The notes below the pieces were generated by a model. That model did no database searches. It saw nothing but the letters and a program-made list of their open reading frames with translations, and was not told the origin of the DNA. DNA of 64,000 nucleotides from Eledone cirrhosa (lineage: Eukaryota), in the NCBI GenBank assembly GCA_964016885.1, contig OZ024741.1, positions 148,738,001 through 148,802,000 on the forward strand. The letters run 5' to 3'. This document shows, one piece after another, positions 37,038 to 48,140 of the stretch. A program made the position numbers and the translations under genes. The stretch's first letter is position 1, and every line of letters begins with the position of its first letter.

Positions 37038-39083
37038 AAATAAATGTTAAGACAGAAGTCACACAATCAAATTTATTATCATATGTATTTCTGTGATGCC
37101 GGCATGGAGCTGTTGTGTAATTGTTACAGCAGCGACCTGCACCAGTGTGATGCCATCAGATGTTAACACAATTATGTGGGTGGATCAATATGTTGTTGGG
37201 TAATACTGTGACCATATTCGCAAAAGTGCAGATTATTATGATTACGATAACTACATCATGTTTGATTGCCACTTCTTAGCTAGATTAATACATCTGATGT
37301 AAAGTGCTCTACCTGCTTAAACTCGTTTATCAACGAGAATTCACAACACAACTTTTATGGATAAGCAACACAGCAACTAGCTACATATATATACTCACTT
37401 GGTGTTGTAATATCCCCATCCATCAATTTCACTCTCAAGTTATTGGTCAACCGAGAGCTATAGTAGGACCCATGTTCAATGTGCCACACAGTAGAATTCA
37501 ATCCAAGACCATATGGTTGTGAAGTGAACATATCTGTACTTTATATCATGAAAACATATTGTATGCAGAACTTAGTGAAAAAATTTAATTGGTTTTGATA
37601 GGATTCAGTTTCTCCTTTCAGTTTTTCACTGATATTAAATATTGTTTTGTTAGCTATTTCATTACCATATACAGGGTGCGGATGATATTTGTTTGCAAGA
37701 TTACTGTCTAGGAAAAAATAACACAGTAGTTTTATTTTTTAAGATTTATTTATCAAACTTGGGTCACTTTGTCTTCATGACTTGTTCTTTTGATCTCACT
37801 CGATAAACTCGCCATTGGCTTTGATGACGGCCTCAAGGCGACCTCGGAACCGGCTACAGGCCTTCGTCACTGTCCCCCGACTAGGCCCCTAAAGGCACTT
37901 GTGATCCTGGCCTTCAGATCGTCTTTCGTATTGCAGCTAGATCTGTTGGTGTCTCGTTCCACTGCACCCTATGCAAAGAAGTCGAGGGGGTTGCAGTCAG
38001 GCGAGCTGGGAGGCCAGATGTCAGGTGAAGTGTGACCAACGAAGTTCTCTGACAGCCAGGCTTGGGTCTTTCGGCTGGTATGGCAGGGCGCTGAGTCTTG
38101 CTGCCACACGTACGGCCTACCTGCAGCTACCTGGTTGACCCAGGGCTTTGCTACCTCGCTCAGAACGCGGATGTAGCCATCGGTGTTCAGCTTGAGGCCC
38201 TCAGGGAAGAAGTGAGGTGGCATGACGTCACCGTGACCGCTGACGACACCTAAGACCAATGTTGTCGCTGGAAACTTTGTCTGCATGACTCTGGGCACGT
38301 CTTTGGATGAGACAGCGAGCCACCTGTTGTTTTGGGAGTTGATCTTCTGGTCTTATTTTTCCTCCTGGCGCGGATTCCAAGAAGAACTCCGTGTCTCTTT
38401 CACAAATTTGGAGGTTGAAAATTATTAATAATCAATTATTCTGAAAATAAATAATGGAAATATAGTCACTGTTTTTATGAAGACAAGAGTGACAACGGAA
38501 GTAAAAAAAATTTGCATAAAATTAGCAGTTGAAAATTGCGAACAAATATTGTCCGCACCCTGTATATATAATGAAATTTATTACTCTGTATTTGAATTAA
38601 ATAATTGCGAATTTTGAGTTTTACTAAAATTATTGTTGTTACATTATTAAGATGGTGTTTGTAATATGGTTTAACAAAAGTTTCTTATGTCAAATTATGT
38701 TGGAATAGGTTGTTTTGTTTCATAGAACAAGAGGTGATTTTGGTGGGTTGGTATCAAATGGGTTAAATTGCGGTTTGGAAGACTGCCCCCCGGCCGCCGC
38801 CGCTCGAAATAAGCCTGGAGGCTGAAGGTTACATTAGTCAAAGTGTCTTCGATGTTGTGAAATACTTGTTGTTGATTATGTTTCTTTCATGCCCTAGTCT
38901 GCTAATTGTAAAAAAAAACTTCCACTGAAAACTGACTCCCAAATACCAATAAAGAAAATATGTTAGGTCACCTATTTTTGCTTTTTTTTTTTTTCATCCT
39001 GTTAAAAATTTTTTTCAGGTGCAAGAGCAGGAAAATACACGCCTCCCAATCCTAATTCACAAAAACGAAGAAAAAGTGGTTCA
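16755..39083 (+). CDS. TCF4: Partial spliced CDS (6 exons, 468 nt, 156 aa) of a class I bHLH E-protein (TCF4/TCF12/TCF3, daughterless orthologue), N-terminal region; gene continues beyond these exons on both sides
   Basis: Six AG/GT-bounded exons join without stops: MFSPPVTGQGIKNGTTNMDSMYSGGYKAGLDEANWSNNGQSSSYDSRLYDNQPYNGQANENMHSFMNNDMSLLNKNTDIPYNRSGYSSRDNSVPSQGLLGNSMPMSPDSLSPVAKPGSPYYGFNSKRTIEEPLRGARAGKYTPPNPNSQKRRKSGS. Matches remembered vertebrate E-protein motifs MFSPPV..KNG, SYDSSR and LSPxKPGSxYY; intron phases 0,1,0,1,0,1,0. Symbol is nominal: invertebrates typically have one co-orthologue. Confidence 0.88.
17080..17884. mobile_element. pogo/Tc2-like non-autonomous DNA transposon; second copy at ~35606-36370
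   Basis: Two diverged ~0.8-kb copies sharing a GA-rich core; termini resemble TACCGTATATACTCGAGTATAAG. Confidence 0.55.
18089..18276 (+). mobile_element. SINE family B with 15-bp target-site duplication
   Basis: GGGCGGTGGATTGGCAGTATCGGTAGAG head, GAGTTCAAATC B box; ATTATTTTACTGAAT at 18074-18088 and 18277-18291. Confidence 0.9.
20180..21445 (+). mobile_element. Fragmented old RTE-clade LINE (RT part ~20180-20760; 3' end ~21215-21445)
   Basis: LYLAFVDLEKAFDR-like segment at ~20475-20520 and GRPRKTW 3' segment; homologous to the 41940-43880 copy. Confidence 0.75.
22574..22629 (+). CDS. TCF4: E-protein coding exon B (GLDEANWSNNGQSSSYDSR)
   Basis: ttttattttgtag|GC acceptor; AGG|gtaagt donor; 56 nt, phase 1 to 0; resembles TCF12 GIDER...W...GQPSPSYDSSR. 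Confidence 0.9.
22747..25050 (+). mobile_element. Decayed maT-like Tc1/mariner element split by an insertion at 23508-24745
   Basis: PRVMKTKFPVHIMVFG at ~23385-23435 and YVFQQDSA..RKTQKWLLDNF at ~24750-24820, collinear with the 37969..38298 transposase. Confidence 0.7.
23508..24745 (-). mobile_element. Transib-like transposon relic
   Basis: Terminus CACAGTG at 23508-23514; minus-strand fragments IGVD ... SFIVLSYCLLELQLTNNIIWTNPASTR ... GTILDG follow the order of Transib core motifs. Confidence 0.5.
26961..27039 (+). CDS. TCF4: E-protein coding exon C (LYDNQPYNGQANENMHSFMNNDMSLL+1)
   Basis: tcttttcttcgttttag|CTT acceptor; CTTA|gtaagt donor; 79 nt, phase 0 to 1, open in the required frame. 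Confidence 0.85.
27864..28153 (+). mobile_element. tRNA-derived SINE, family A; a related copy lies head-to-head on - at ~27590-27835
   Basis: GGAGGCACATGGCTTAGTGGTTAGAGC head. Older related heads at ~2275, 7485, 10140, 36820, 40375, 44530, 48250, 50042. Confidence 0.85.
28534..28601 (+). CDS. TCF4: E-protein coding exon D (NKNTDIPYNRSGYSSRDNSVPSQ)
   Basis: ttttatttctttcag|AC acceptor; CAG|gtaaga donor; 68 nt, phase 1 to 0; resembles TCF4 SKTERGSYSSYGRES...Q. Confidence 0.87.
28960..29830 (-). mobile_element. Decayed mariner transposase relic
   Basis: Minus-strand SSAGKVM...IVFINYLQKGNTINGE.YANML motif at ~29300-29420; many stops and frameshifts. Confidence 0.75.
30172..30257 (-). ncRNA. 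Degenerate type I hammerhead ribozyme motif
   Basis: Stem I GGCAUCUG/CGGAUGUU; core CCGAUAA (consensus CUGAUGA); stem II GCUA...UAGC; GAAA; stem III AUGCUC/GAGCAU; AUC cleavage triplet. Confidence 0.65.
30582..32011 (-). mobile_element. 5'-truncated CR1-clade LINE, frameshifted
   Basis: ORFs 31424..31918 (YLDFAKAF, YADD) and 30579..31241 (VRPHLEFAS..WNP, TRGH); (ATT)n 3' tail. Confidence 0.92.
34560..35560 (-). mobile_element. Decayed piggyBac transposase relic
   Basis: IKVWMQTDPHNGYVNDFQVYTGK (ORF 35301..35549) and DQLRATFCTGWKSNK*WKHLFYFIVD at ~34920-35000. Confidence 0.8.
36593..36707 (+). CDS. TCF4: E-protein coding exon E (GLLGNSMPMSPDSLSPVAKPGSPYYGFNSKRTIEEPLR+1)
   Basis: tattttcttcag|GGC acceptor; CGTG|gtaagt donor; 115 nt, phase 0 to 1; LSPVAKPGSPYY matches TCF4 LSPTKPGSQYY; lies within ORF 36506..36796. 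Confidence 0.92.
37034..37385 (-). mobile_element. Probable solo LTR inserted in a (TA)n tract
   Basis: TG...CA ends, ~350 bp, AATAAA about 40 nt before the 3' end on -, TA repeats on both sides. Confidence 0.45.
37672..38562 (-). mobile_element. Internally deleted maT (DD37D) Tc1/mariner transposon
   Basis: 27-bp TIRs CAGGGTGCGGA...TATTTGTT.GCAA, TA TSD; ORF 37969..38298 has QQD and NPLD aspartates separated by 37 residues; N-terminal half missing. Confidence 0.92.
39019..39083 (+). CDS. TCF4: E-protein coding exon F with basic NLS-like motif (GARAGKYTPPNPNSQKRRKSGS)
   Basis: tttttttcag|GT acceptor; TCA|gtaagt donor; 65 nt, phase 1 to 0; KRRK at the position of the TCF4 KKVRK NLS exon. Confidence 0.87.
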
Positions 39084-40634
39084 GTAAGTTTGCAATGCTC
39101 AATATTTAAAAACTTATTACCAATGTGTATTTTTCACTGTTTCAGTACTCTATATAATATTTTTCTATTCATAGCCTTTAGTATTTACATTACTCTATAT
39201 ATACTATTGTATTTTTGTGGTAAAGGCTTTATCTTAAATAATTACCTCTCATAATATCGAATCTGAGATTTTGATGTTATTTATTTTAAGAACAATACCT
39301 TAACATCAGTATGAGTGGCCAGTAACAGCCGGTTTGAACAGAAAGAGGTTAGAGAATTCTGGCCAGATATGGCCGGTTTATGCTAAAGAGTTAACACTTT
39401 AAAACCTAATCCTTTTCCCCTACCATGTGCATGCTTCCCAACCTTGGTTATCCACTGCACAAAAATCACTGAAAAGAATATTTGTTAATTAAACTTGATA
39501 AAAATCACAGCAATGTCTTACTAAAGATCTCGGTTTAAATCAATGGTTGATTTATGCACAGTGGTATAAAGAACTAATAAACTGAAGTGTATGGTAGAAT
39601 GGAATACTGGGTTGGCGAGATATAGTCAAATATTGTTGGGACCAGAATGCTGGGCTTGCAGGCTCAGAGTAATAAACATTATCTTCTGAAATATTCTCTC
39701 TGTAATTTTCAGGATTTAAAATCTTCTTTTTAAGGGATTTCATTTAAGAAAGAATTTGATTCAAATGGTGTCATGAAAAATAACAAGTGTCTGAAAGATG
39801 CAATGTAAAATGTAAAAGAAAAAAAATATTCCAGTAAAAAATATTTTGTTGAAAGATGTGAGAAAAGTGGTGGAATTTGGTATGGTAGTCTTCGTTTCAA
39901 CAGAATAGATTATGGTTTAGTAATTCTTCATCATCAACTCCCCCACTACCATCATCAACTCCATCACCACCCACCATCATTTTTACATCTGCTTTTTCCA
40001 TGCTGACAAGGGTTGGGGTGAAATTTTCCAGGAAGATTTTCTACAGATGGATACCCCTTCTAATTCCAACCCACATTATTTTAAGTATGGTATATACTAC
40101 TAATGTTCATTGAACCTACAAGATGTATTGTTTATGGAGGACATAAACAATCGTCACCGCTGACATTATGACATTTGCAGCAACTGGCACACAAATACTC
40201 ATATACCGATATATACATATATAAATATATATACAACAGGTTCATTAGTTTCTGTTTACCTACTTTCTTGGCCCAGAAAAACACTTGTCCAAGATGCTAC
40301 ATGGTTACAAAGTAAACTTTCTAATTACACAGCTATTTTTCTTTTTACTCCAATCTTCGGTTAACTATCAGAATGTGAAGGTGTGTGGCTGAGTGTTTAA
40401 GATGTTGGATTCATTATCATAAGGTTGAGGATACAATTCCTGGCTCGGGTGGTGTATTGTCTTCTTGGACAAGATGTTTCATTTTATGTTGCTTTTAATG
40501 ATAGCAAAAATATATTTCTATTGTTTTAAAATCCCTCCATTTCCATAGAGGTACCTTATCTGTGAGTTACAGCAAATATAATTTGTTCATATTTCCTGAA
40601 CGTATCTTGTTGCAATTTATTAAATCTGATGAAT

Positions 40635-41290
40635 TGTCTCTAAGATTGTCAAGAGGGCCGAGGGTGTCTTAGCATCACTCAGCAAGACCTTTGTCAGCCG
40701 CTCTCCAGATATCTATTTAAGGCTGTATACAGCTATGGTGCGACCACACTTAGAATTTGCATCACCAGTCTGGAACCCCTATCTTGCTCAGGACATTGAC
40801 CGCCTGGAAACTGTTCAGAGACGTGCAACCAAGCGAATACCCTCCATCAGGCATCTACCATACTCTGAGCGCCTTGCTTCCCTGGGCATGGATTCATTGA
40901 AGCTCCGACGCCTGGCAACTGACTTGGTAAACACCCACAAAATTGTTAACCATGTTGCCAACAACAACCCTGAGTACCTTTTCGATTTCCATGTGTCTAA
41001 CACACGTGGACATGCCCACAAAGTAAGAAAACAGCACAGTTCCCATGACTTTAGGAAACATTTTTTCACGCTCATAGTTGCTGAAGCATGGAACAAACTA
41101 CCTGCATCAGTTGTTAGCTGTCGAGACACTGCATCCTTTAAGGCCTCCATGCTTCCCGAGATCCGCCAACAGAACAGCTAACACATACACACATGTACTT
41201 CCCTGACATTTGTGTATTATTCTATGTACTATATTGACGAGTTGTAGTGCACCTGAGCACTTTACACAATAATTTCATTATTATTATTAT
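40635..41290 (+). mobile_element. 5'-truncated CR1-clade LINE 3' end
   Basis: ORF 40735..41181 nearly identical to the C-terminus of 58081..59373; ends AATTTC(ATT)n. Confidence 0.92.
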
Positions 41291-41939
41291 AATTTGATGG
41301 TTCAGTAGTTCCAAAACCAAACTTGATTCTTATTAAACAGAAACTATTCAGCCCAATAAAGCAACATTAGAAAATATTTTTCTTGGAATTTCTTGATAAC
41401 AGTAAAAGTTTTGCATTGAAGGTTGATTCTTTGATTTAAAATAATTTGGAGGAGTTCAATTACCTCTTTCATTATCATATTTCCAATAAAAGACACTGTC
41501 TATAATTTTCAAATAATTTTGAAAATAATCTCTTTATTATGCTGATAAACATAACATAACATAACATAATTATTCTTAATTAAAATTATGATTGAAGGTG
41601 TCTAGATAAAAATATACATTTCAAAATATGTATCATAGAAACAGGGGTTGGCCTCAGGTGCTTTGGTATCGAAATGGTCAATATTTTTAGACATATTTAT
41701 ACATTAAAGACTTGTTGGTATTTTATAGACTGAAAATGTTGAATAATTAAATAGCTTTTGTGTATTATATTGCAGTCGTTGATGCTAATTTCTGCATTGA
41801 TATTCACAGTTGTTTTCATTATTCCACATGCAATGTATTCTTGCATAGGTGTCCTACTATGCTTTTCTTACTTTTATATATATGAGGACCAAAAACGTGA
41901 GGTGTTCAGGATTGCTAGACAATGTGTTGCAAGTTAAAG

Positions 41940-43880
41940 GTAGTATAATAAGTAAGGCAGCTGGGCCTTCGGAGATAGTTGGAATGGTGGGACATACTAT
42001 GGTCACTCGTATAGTTAACCAAGTAATACAGAATGGAGTCTTACAAAAGACTGGTGTAGCAGCATCATCATTAACTGCTACAAGGGTAAAGGGGATGCTC
42101 TAGATAGGGGAAACTATAGAGGCATTAAGTTAGTTGACCAGGTCATGAAGGTCACAGAAAGAGTTATAGCACAACTAATCAGAGAGCGAATTGATCTAGA
42201 TGAAATGCAGTTTGGGTTTGTGTCGGGTAAAAGTACCACAGGCGCTCTTTTCCTTGTACGACAACTACAGGAGAAGTACCTAGCTAAAAGTAAACCCCTC
42301 TACTTAGCTTTTGTAGACCTGGAGAAAGCCTTTGACAGAGTCCCCCGTTCCATTATCTGGTGGGCTCTGAGAAAACTAGGTGTAGATGAATGGCTTGTGA
42401 GAGCTATACAAGCTATGTATAAAGAAACAGTCAGAAAGGTTAGAATTAACAATGAATATTGAAGAATTTAGCGTAAAAGTTGGTGTTTATCAAGGTTCTG
42501 TCCTTAGCCCCCTCCTATTTATGATTGCCCTTCAGGCTATAACAGAGGAGTTCAAGACCGGCTGCCCATGGGAACTTCTATACGCAGATGATCTAACTCT
42601 CATAGCTGACTCTATTGCTGAACTAGAGAAGAAATTCCAAACATGGAAGCATGGCCTAGAATCAAAAGGCCTTAAAGATTTAGTTTGTAGAAAGGAAAAT
42701 AGGGCACAGGTGCCCTTAGGGAAATGGCCATGCTCAGTGTGTAGGAAAGGAGTAGGCAAAAATTCCATTTTATGTCCCAAATGCAAACTATGGGTACATA
42801 GAAGATGTAGTGGGATCACAGGTAAGCTATCTAAGAACGTAAACTTTATATGTGGCTGATGCTCAGGTGCAATAAGTAGCAAGTGCCCACAGGATACTAG
42901 CTTCTTCTATTGCCCAGATGGTTCTATAGAAATAGTGGACATTTTCCGTTACCTGGGTGACGGAATCAGCAGTAGTGGTGGGTGTTCTGAAAGTACAGTA
43001 GCCAGAGTCAGAACGGGATGGAAAAAGTTCAGAGAGCTTATATCGCTGTTGGCCACAAAAGGTTTCTCTCTAAAATTGAAAGGCAGATTGTATGATGGCT
43101 GTATACAAACAGCAATGTTACACGGCAGTGAGACATAGGCATTGCGTGCTGAGGACCTACGCAGACTGGAAAGGAACGAAGCATGCATGCTCCATTGGAT
43201 GTGTAATAGTAATATACGTGAACGGCAAAGCATAAATGAACTAAGTGAGAAATTAGGAATAAGAGGGATCAGATGCTGTTTACTTGAGAGAAGACTACGT
43301 TGGTATGGCCACGTGATGCGCATGAAAGACGACAACTGTATAAAAAAGTGCAGGGCGATCAAAATTGATGGTAGTTACGGAGTAGGTTAGACCCAGAAAA
43401 ACCTGGGGCGATCTGATAAATTCCGACCTTACACACTTCTCTAAGACAATGTCACTGGACCGAGATCTTTGGCGCTACACAGTATTACAGAAAACCCGCC
43501 TTGCCTATGTACAAAGCGAAACCTACAGTCAGTAGGCACCCCAATCCACTACCCCTACCCTATCCTCCCACACCCACCAACACCACCTTCTCTCTGTAAA
43601 GTTGGTACCACAACATCCAGTCCAAATAAATGAGATCGAGATTGTGTAGATGTCACGACAAAAAAAACACACAGTCCACGCTGTAATGTGGCCGTGTAGG
43701 TAACATGGTAAGAAGTTCCCAGTTCCACACTGTAAATGTGGTTGGTGTTAGGAAGGGCATCCAGCCGTAGAAAACCTGCCAGATAGTCCTATATGAGCGA
43801 GACACGGTCACCCGACCAACCTTGCCTTAAGTGGGGCAACTCCCATCTAACCCATGCTAGCGTGGAAGATGGATGTTAAA
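41940..43880 (+). mobile_element. 5'-truncated RTE-clade LINE (RT, Cys-rich insert, 3' UTR, (GAT)n tail), inactivated
   Basis: ORFs 42145..42462 (FVDLEKAFDRV), 42452..42859 (QGSVLSP, YADD, CxxC...CxxC...HxxC), 43142..43390 (RRLRWYGHV). Confidence 0.92.
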
Positions 43881-45682
43881 CGAAGATGATGATGATGATT
43901 ATCACTGATATATATTTACTACATTCACTGTGGAAAGTGGTTCTTATGAAGGGTGTCTAGCTGTAGAAACTATACTAAAAAGAATGTAAATGTATTGAGA
44001 GTGAAACATGATCTCCCAACCCATATGGGAGGAAAGCAGATCTGATTAAATACTGATTTGGTCTTTAATGACCCATTCAACTCATGCTAGTATGAAAAAG
44101 TAGGCGTAAAATGATGTAGATTCAATAGTAAACCATTGTGGTGTTGGAGATAACAAACTTAATCCATAACTAAAACACATTAGCTGCTGTAATGTTTATA
44201 TCAAACACATCATTTGTTTTCATCTAGCTTGCAGGTTAGCAATCTTTTGCCCTTTGGCACTCTGAAATATTTTAATTAATCTACAATTGGATTAGAATAA
44301 AAGCTACAACTTATGACCCAGGCATTGAAGAAATCTCATTTTCTAAGCCAAAAATCGCAAATAAGAAAAAAGTTAGCTAAATTCATATTTTCTTGTATGT
44401 ATTTTTCTTTCTGAGAGTTTTGAGTATTTTTTAAAAGCTAAAAATGGCTCTTCAGATTGAAAAGGTACCTGTAATCTAGCCTGACATTAATATCTCCTGC
44501 ATCTTTCATAATCTCACCATGGACCCTAATGGGGCATAGCCTAGTGGTTAGTGTTAGGCTTACAATCATAAGGTTATGGGCTTTATTTCTAAATTGGGTG
44601 GCTGTTGTGTTCTTCAGCAAGATATTTCATTTCACATCGCTTTTCATGATTGGACTAAGGGCCCTATCATAAGATACCTGAGAAACCTCCAATGAGATGC
44701 AGCACTTACTAAGCTTTAAATTAGTTTGATTTTTTTTTCATTCTCATAACATTGTTGGTGATTAATTTTGATCTTTGAAAAAGTACAAATAATTATTTGG
44801 TCTCCTTTTCCAGTTGTATAGAAAACAGATACAAAGTAAATTTTAACTTTGTCTTTAAATCTGTTGATACAAAACAACCCAAAATTGCCCTAATTCTCTA
44901 CAATGACAAATCTCTTATTTACAGTATTTATATTTAAATTAAATATAATGTTATAGAAGAATATTTTTATTAAGCTATGAACTAAACATCAGTTTATTAA
45001 TACGGTTAGTTATTTTACTAAATTCCTTCAAATTGTTGATTATTTACAAAATAAATTGAAAAACATAGGCAGTGTATTTCATTAGAAATATGAAAATGAA
45101 AGGGTTAAGTTGCTGGCTTTGTGGTAGCCCATGCATAATAGATTGGCTGCTTCAAGAACAGGTACTTTTTGGCAGTTGTCTGTTAATTCTTTAGTTTAGC
45201 TGTCAAGCCTCTATTTCCCGGTTTGTTCACTTTATAGAAAGATATATAAATACATGCAACCTGTTTATGTCATTAAAATCGTAAAGTTTTAATTAAATCA
45301 AGTTTACTATTTTTTTAAAATAATCTGTTTTTCATTTTAAACACATTGAGAATTTGCTAATCTTGATGTATTTTTATGTAAACTAATTACCTTATGAGGT
45401 GGATGAAGTGGTAGTTCTATATAAAAAAAAACATATGTGATAAAGGGAGGCAGAAAGCATGTTTTGTTCAACATTAACAGCTGTGACTTTTATGAATGAA
45501 TATTAGGTTTATTTTTTTATATATACACATGACTCTGTTTAAAAAATTTGCTTCACAACTAGGTCGTTTTCAGTATAGTCCTACTGCGTTGCACGTTGGC
45601 AACTGCCTTTTACTATAGTCTTGCCTTGACCCATGCTCTGTGTAGATAGAAACTGTGCAGAAACCTGTCATATATATATATA

Positions 45683-46101
45683 TCATATTTGACAGCTTAT
45701 AAGACACTTTGTTTTCCAAAAAATATCCAGAAAATCACCCTGCATTTTATAAGGTCAAGGGTCAGTTTGGATTACTGTCTAGTGGAGTTCTGGTGCTGCA
45801 GTGGCCCTTAAATTAAACTTGAAACATCTCTGTGATCCCTTCTACACCAACAATGGCAACTCTTTTCTAAAAAAAGCTACAATTTTAATAAATTTTATGA
45901 TGAATAAAATTAATTGATTTTCACTCTCTTTTGTTTTAAAAATGTACGAACATATTACAACTAGAATTACAGTGTAGAATAATAATTAAAAAATATGATG
46001 TACAAACTTTATACTATTCACCTGACATTCGCAGTTTAAACCCATTTTTTTTTAATGCCTGCCCAAATTGAGGTGCGTCTTATAGGCCGTCAAATACAGT
46101 A
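45683..46101. mobile_element. Tc2/pogo-like MITE
   Basis: Inverted ends TATTTGACAGCTTATAAGACAC and GTGCGTCTTATAGGCCGTCAAATACAGTA. Confidence 0.65.
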
Positions 46102-46534
46102 TGTGTGTAGAGATATTTATCTTGCATTCGAAACGGTTTCAGGCAATCTAGAACATTATAATGGTCTGCCAAAGTTAACTGAAATTATAACTCAGCAAAG
46201 ATTGCAATTGGCAGATCACTATGGATCATCCTAAAGAAATAACTGCAAATCTAGTGCTATGGCAGCAAACACATGGGCAGATTAGCCACAGGAGACAAAA
46301 CACTAACTATATTAACATACTTCAAAAGGACACATGATTGAAAACCGTATCGGAAATATGAACAATAATGTTGGAACGAGACATCTACCACAATTATGTT
46401 TCCCTGGTATGATTGGAGAATCTGTGTAACTTGTGAGTGTCCATGTTTCACATCCATATAAAACAAGATAATTTCAACCATTGCTAAACACTCTGGTTTT
46501 AATTAAACCCCACCCATATGTATATATAATTATC

Positions 46535-47200
46535 ATCATTTTATGTTTGGTTTTTCTCGCTACTATTGGTTGGCCGGATCATTTCTACAGCCTCCCTCCA
46601 CTCATAACGTTTCTTTATCATCTCTGAGATCAGCTTTAACAATCTCTGCTCAGGTGTTTCTTGGCCTTCTGCTGTAGCTTCCTTCCACTGGCACTTCACA
46701 CAGTGTTCATCATCCATGCACATTAGATGTCTAGAGCAGCACAGTTTTCTCTCTTACACACTAAATTTAATTTTTCTTATACTCAGCTTTTCTCTCTGTT
46801 GATCCATGCCCCATTGCACATTCAATTGAACATTTCTCTCTAGCCTCCATACTCTATACATTTACTGCCCATGTCTCACTATCATGCAGCATCGCTTGTA
46901 GAGACATCCCTTTGTTGTTAACAGGGGTAGTAGGTTCCTAAATTTTTTCTAGCCTGTTTATATTTTAGTTACTATGTTTTTAGGGCAACCCCTTCCACTG
47001 CTAATTAAATCACCAAAGTAACAGAATCTATCAATTACTTCTGATACCTTCCTAGGATTGGAAATTGTATATTTCACTGCTTCTCTTACTATCCATTATT
47101 TCTGTCCATCTTTTTTGTTAACTTGTGTACTATCCCAGTACACTTCTTGTGCATACCTTACATTGTGTATGAGTTCCTACCTACTCCTTTTCTACAAAGT
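46535..47200 (-). mobile_element. Old RTE-clade LINE 3' fragment
   Basis: Reverse-complement homology to 42730-43400 and 47410-48140. Confidence 0.7.
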
Positions 47201-47409
47201 TCTGTTTCTATAACAGTTTTACACACCTTTGTGATGGAAATATTCACTGAATAAATTCATACATTCAGTGAAATTCTGAATATAACCTTATTTTATTAGT
47301 GTTCCATTTATATATATAATATTTATTATTTATTCATGTAATAGTCCTCCACCCCCATTAAATGTATGATCCTAGTTTGTTTGTTTGTTTTTTATTAAAT
47401 TTGTATCTA

Positions 47410-48140
47410 ATTGTAAACCTTGTAGAAATGGAGTAGGCATAAACTCCATACAATGTACACAATATACTTGGGTACACAAGAGATGTAGTGGGATAACGGG
47501 TAGACTACCAGGAAGGCAAGACTTAGTATGTAAAAAATGCACAGTGGTAATTGAGGAGAAGAGTGTCAGTAATATAAACCTTTTCCAATCACGTGAAGGA
47601 TCTATAGAAGTGGTTGATAGCATCTGCTATCTAGGTAACTTAATTAGCAGTAAAGGAAGGTGCTTTGAGAGCATAATAGATAGAATAAGGATAGGATGAA
47701 AGAAGTTTAGAGAGCTACTCCCACTGTTGACAACAAAAGGACGACTGTATGGCACTTGTGTGTGAAGTGCATGCGATACTGCATGGTAGTGAAACATGGT
47801 CTGTGACTACAGAGGACATGTAGGCTGAAGAGAAATGAAGCAACTATGCTTCGTTGGAAGTGTAATGTAAATGTGGGAGAAAGGCAGAGCTTGGATAAAC
47901 TGAGGGTAAAAGTGGGTTTAAGAGGAATTCGAAGTGGTGTGCATGAGAGATTGCGTTGGTATGGACATTTGATGCATATGATGGATGAGGATCGCTGTGT
48001 GAAGGAGCGGAAGGAAGCCGCAGTAGAGGTAGACCAAGAAAGACTTGGGCAGAGGAGATGACAAAGGGACGCGGCATGTGGAGAGATGCTGTGCTGAAAA
48101 GGACCCATCCAACCTATACAAGCATGGAAAATCAATGATG
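47410..48140 (+). mobile_element. Old RTE-clade LINE 3' fragment
   Basis: GVGINSIQCTQ..WVHKRCSGI and RLRWYGHL peptides; CATGGAAAA...GATG tail. Confidence 0.8.
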
